Under the pieces are notes generated by a model, which saw nothing but the letters and a program-made list of their open reading frames with translations, had not been told where the DNA came from and searched no databases. Positions 60,625-64,000 of a stretch of DNA of 64,000 bases are shown one piece after another; within the stretch, counting starts at the first letter, position 1, and each line of letters starts with the position of its first letter. The DNA comes from Chloroflexota bacterium (GTDB lineage: Bacteria > Chloroflexota > Dehalococcoidia > Lucifugimonadales > UBA826): contig PBKS01000001.1 of NCBI GenBank assembly GCA_002722155.1, positions 91,644 to 155,643 on the forward strand, read 5' to 3'. A program made the position numbers and the translations under genes.

Positions 60625-61833
60625 TTAAATAAACTTTTTAGCAACAATAAGTTGTTCAGGTTTCGATAGAGGTCCAGACTCGATCATATAGGATAGAGTT
60701 TTTGATAACTCATCTCCAACCCTAGGGCCTTCGGGCACTCCAAGGCCTATCAAGTCTTGTCCGTCAATTAGTAGGTCAATCTTGTTTAACTCTTGAAGAA
60801 ATAAATCAAGATTGCTTTTAATTTTTCTTGAGACATATGTACCAGCTACCAGAATGGCTATTTCGGAGATTTGTTTCAGCTGGTCATGAAGCTCGCTGCG
60901 AGAAACTTTTTCCTCTAGTAATTCTATCTTCCCTAAATCAGACCCAAACTTCATAAATTCATTACCTAAATTCAGCCTCTCAATTGCATTGTGTCTCTCC
61001 AATGAGCTAATTAAGGATACAAAGGCATAGAAGTCCCTGTTATGAGGGTCTATTTGCAAAGACTGTAAGAGATCTCGTCTCTTAGTTAAATCTGCCCCAT
61101 TAGGGAATGATTCGTGAGCGTATGACATAACCTCATATTGATCTAAAGATCTCAAAATAGCGCCTGAATTTTCTTCTGAAAAAATCTTTCGTATTTCATT
61201 GGTTAACCGAACCCCGCTTAGTAGTGATATTAACCTCAACCCCTCTATCATGTATTTTTTTGTTCTCTTTTCTATATCAAACCCTAGTCTTCCAGAATAG
61301 CGTAATACTCGAAAAATACGCGTTGGGTCATCCTGAAAAGATTTAGAATAAAGAACTCTAATTTGCTTTGATTCCAAATCGGCCAATCCATTATCAAAAT
61401 CGATTAATTCACACCAATCTTGAGAATTAATCCCTGCAGCAAAAGCATTTATGGAAAAATCCCTCCTGGCCAAATCATCTTCAAAAGAAGCATGCTCCAC
61501 TACTGGTAACTCACCAGGAGATGGATATACCTCTTTCCTAGCCATGGCAAGGTCTATTGTTTGATCTGACAGAATTATTTTACATGTGCCAAACTGGGAT
61601 ACTGAGTGCACTTCGACCTTATATTTAGGATCAAATTTAGATGTGATATCTTGAGGGTCCGCTTCCAAAACAACATCAATGTCGGTAATCGATTTACCTA
61701 GAAGTATGTCCCTTACTGTACCGCCGACAAGAAAAGCCCTTATTCCTAACCTATCGAATTGCTCACCCAGTATGGTTATAGCTCTATATTGTGAAGAGGT
61801 GATGGTTTTCTTTAGAAGATTTTCTATATTCAT
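60625..61833 (-). CDS. Class II tRNA nucleotidyltransferase (probably A-adding type)
   Basis: VGGTVRD, DID, ARKEVYPSPGELP, RRDFSINA, DDPTR. Confidence 0.88.
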   Translation of the reverse strand: MNIENLLKKTITSSQYRAITILGEQFDRLGIRAFLVGGTVRDILLGKSITDIDVVLEADPQDITSKFDPKYKVEVHSVSQFGTCKIILSDQTIDLAMARKEVYPSPGELPVVEHASFEDDLARRDFSINAFAAGINSQDWCELIDFDNGLADLESKQIRVLYSKSFQDDPTRIFRVLRYSGRLGFDIEKRTKKYMIEGLRLISLLSGVRLTNEIRKIFSEENSGAILRSLDQYEVMSYAHESFPNGADLTKRRDLLQSLQIDPHNRDFYAFVSLISSLERHNAIERLNLGNEFMKFGSDLGKIELLEEKVSRSELHDQLKQISEIAILVAGTYVSRKIKSNLDLFLQELNKIDLLIDGQDLIGLGVPEGPRVGDELSKTLSYMIESGPLSKPEQLIVAKKFI

Positions 61834-61964
61834 GAATCGTTGAGCGCCATTTATGCTTCTTTACAGCACCTTTACAGTTCGTATACCTTGGAATTATACA
61901 GAGATGATTAGTATCGCATTAACTAACATTTTAAAAACCTACATTCTTTACAGGATTATTTTAT

Positions 61965-62465
61965 ATGGATGAACTCAGCCACATTAATTACTGTCAAACA
62001 TGTGGCACAGGCTTGGTGAGGAAGTTTGATCGAAATAATGAAAGGCCTTACTGCAAAATATGTGGGACATTCACCTATATTGACCCAAAGGTTGCCGTGG
62101 TTGCACTTCTTACTCACCAAACCTCTTTATTGCTTATAAAAAGGGATATAGAACCACATTTTGGGAAATGGAGCCTACCGTCCGGATATGTAGACCGTGG
62201 GGAATCAGTTGAAAATGCTTTAATTAGGGAAGTATTTGAAGAAACAACGATACGTGCCGTCCCAACCCATTACCTTGGCGTTTTTTCTGGAAAGGGACCT
62301 GTAGTGGTTCATGTATACGTAGTCACACATAAATCAGGTAAAGCCACGGCCGGAGATGAGGTCAGTGAAGTTAAATGGTGTAAATTCGATGAAATACCCA
62401 ACCTACCATTCCCCTACGATGCAGAAATTATCTCCGAGTTCAGAAATTACCTAAGCACCATCTGA
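61965..62465 (+). CDS. Nudix hydrolase with N-terminal Zn ribbon
   Basis: CQTCG...CKICG, WSLPSG..DRGE...ALIREVFEET. Confidence 0.9.
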   Translation: MDELSHINYCQTCGTGLVRKFDRNNERPYCKICGTFTYIDPKVAVVALLTHQTSLLLIKRDIEPHFGKWSLPSGYVDRGESVENALIREVFEETTIRAVPTHYLGVFSGKGPVVVHVYVVTHKSGKATAGDEVSEVKWCKFDEIPNLPFPYDAEIISEFRNYLSTI

Positions 62466-62828
62466 GTCATCATCCTCAGCATGGCCTTCATCCCATACCC
62501 TTTTAAATATTCCATACCTGGGACCATCTTTATCACCCAAGGGAGTTATATTTACTAATTCCCAGCCTTTATCACCCATACGCTTAAGTAGTCCTGTGGT
62601 ATAGCGCAATCCACCCTCTTTTGTGTCTGTTTTCAATCTCACAACATCGTATTCCCACGTTGGTATGCCAGGTGGCAGATCAAAATCCTCCACATACTCC
62701 AGTTGTTGGAGTTCCTCCTCTGTAATATCCGCCCAAGAATCTTCTGGCAATTCAGCCTGACATTCATCACACGAGCTGGCAGGCCCCATGGAGTATCCGC
62801 CACATTCAGGGCAAAAATAAATTCTCAT
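62451..62828 (-). CDS. Zn-ribbon plus DUF4177-like protein
   Basis: CPEC...CDEC; WEYDVV...MGDKGWELV. Confidence 0.75.
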   Translation of the reverse strand: MRIYFCPECGGYSMGPASSCDECQAELPEDSWADITEEELQQLEYVEDFDLPPGIPTWEYDVVRLKTDTKEGGLRYTTGLLKRMGDKGWELVNITPLGDKDGPRYGIFKRVWDEGHAEDDDSDGA

Positions 62829-62963
62829 ACTTAATTCTTTATATATTTCTTTTTCACTAATTCAATATTGGCTGTAAGTCCGATCATCCAACTTCTAATG
62901 ATTATATGACTACAGCAAGAAAAATAGATACCATGGATTAAAACCATATAAACAAAGTAGATC

Positions 62964-63398
62964 TTATTCGGATGATAAGTTTCCCCAAGAGGTGTAATCG
63001 TATACCTTCACCTTGATAACCGTGGGATCATCCGGAAGATAATTCTGTTCCCTATACTGTATATACCTTTTTTTCAGCAGTCTGACGGCGTCCAAGTTTT
63101 CGCAACGATTTTGAACAATACTTGCCTTACCTTTAAGCATTAGATACCCTAACTCGTTCCAATCTTGAGAATATCTATCAAATAGAACGACAACGTCATC
63201 ATTATGGTTAATGTTGTTAATTCTGGTAAGAGTTTTTTTTGAACTTGCCTTGGGTTTTGAATCGATTGGTGTATAAATCGTGTCATTCTCAGAAAGAGCG
63301 AAACAAATGGGGATCGAGTGAGGCAACCCTGTCGGAGTAACAGTAGAAAGTCTTGCCAAATCACATGACAAAATAAATTCTTCTACTTTTTTTAACAT
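62964..63398 (-). CDS. PPOX-class, probably F420-dependent enzyme (Rv0121-like)
   Basis: ARLSTV..G.PH.IPICF, IDSKPK, R..NI, DRYSQDW..L. Confidence 0.85.
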   Translation of the reverse strand: MLKKVEEFILSCDLARLSTVTPTGLPHSIPICFALSENDTIYTPIDSKPKASSKKTLTRINNINHNDDVVVLFDRYSQDWNELGYLMLKGKASIVQNRCENLDAVRLLKKRYIQYREQNYLPDDPTVIKVKVYDYTSWGNLSSE

Positions 63399-63449
63399 TC
63401 AACACCAGAACCAATCGGAGGCAATCGCTACCTGATAATTCCTAGATTT

Positions 63450-64000
63450 CTATAAATCCTCAATGGATTGGAAGTTCATATTGTATAGGGGTGCGTACAA
63501 ACCATCTTTGTCCATCAACTCTTGATGTTTACCTACTTCCACTACTTCCCCTTCTTGAAGTACAACGATTTTATCCGCTCCCCTGATGGTGGATAGCCTA
63601 TGAGCTATGACGATCGCAGTCCGCCCTAGAAGCAATTTCCTCAATGCAGTCTGTATAACCAATTCTGTATGGCTATCAATACTGGCAGTAGCTTCATCTA
63701 ATATAAGTATCTTTGGATCATCGACGATGGCCCTAGCAAAACTGAGCAGTTGCCGCTGACCCAAGCTGATATTAGCTCCCCTTTCGGACAGATAGGTATC
63801 GTACCCGTCTTCAAGTTGCATGATAAATTCATGGGCTCCTACGACTTTAGCGGAAGAAATAGCGTTTTCATCGGTAACATCAACGTGGTTGTATTTAATG
63901 TTTTCCATCACAGTGCCCGAAAACAAGTATGGTTCCTGTAGAACCATACTCATCTGGCCAACGACAGAGGTTCTTTTTACATCCCTAATGTCGATACCAT
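63450..64000 (-). CDS. ABC transporter ATP-binding protein, C-terminal part (continues beyond the window)
   Basis: Frame open to the edge (GIDIRDV...), Q-loop VLQEP, ISLGQRQ, ILDEATASID, IAHRLST. Confidence 0.93.
   Translation of the reverse strand, partial: GIDIRDVKRTSVVGQMSMVLQEPYLFSGTVMENIKYNHVDVTDENAISSAKVVGAHEFIMQLEDGYDTYLSERGANISLGQRQLLSFARAIVDDPKILILDEATASIDSHTELVIQTALRKLLLGRTAIVIAHRLSTIRGADKIVVLQEGEVVEVGKHQELMDKDGLYAPLYNMNFQSIEDL

Noticed and set aside
665..63941. Numerous short antisense or nested ORFs in the ORF track (e.g. 12514-13029, 14224-14706, 15996-16505, 39573-40004)
   Set aside because: They are shadows of well-supported genes on the opposite strand or in another frame and have no recognisable motifs.

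Overview
An AT-rich, gene-dense bacterial chromosomal segment with about 55 CDSs, 3 tRNAs (Arg-GCG, Val-TAC, Ala-CGC) and at least 2 decayed pseudogenes missed by the ORF track. I found no rRNA, CRISPR array, integrase or transposase. The gene content (F420-type Ddn and PPOX enzymes, tandem heteromeric acyl-CoA dehydrogenases, MoxR-DUF58-transglutaminase, tal/pgi) suggests Chloroflexota, probably SAR202-like Dehalococcoidia; this is an inference. Housekeeping genes include dnaE, groES/EL, lysA, galU, yebC-ruvC-ruvA, uvrB, coaE, selA, rarA, ltaE and fumC. The best candidate for an undescribed system is a co-directional cluster (28279->21174) encoding LarE and a DUF362 Fe-S protein whose H-x9-K-x15-H spacing matches the nickel-pincer (NPN) site of lactate racemase LarA, suggesting an NPN plus [4Fe-4S] redox enzyme. 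The second is a CbbQ/NorQ AAA+ and vWA chaperone pair with no Rubisco or NOR client nearby, in an operon with coaE and a CoA-type Nudix hydrolase. Other oddities: a transglutaminase with Ser in place of the catalytic Cys, tRNA-Arg(GCG), an Mrp/ApbC lacking its CxxC, and a probable A-adding-only tRNA nucleotidyltransferase. All family calls come from motif recognition by eye; no database searches were run.
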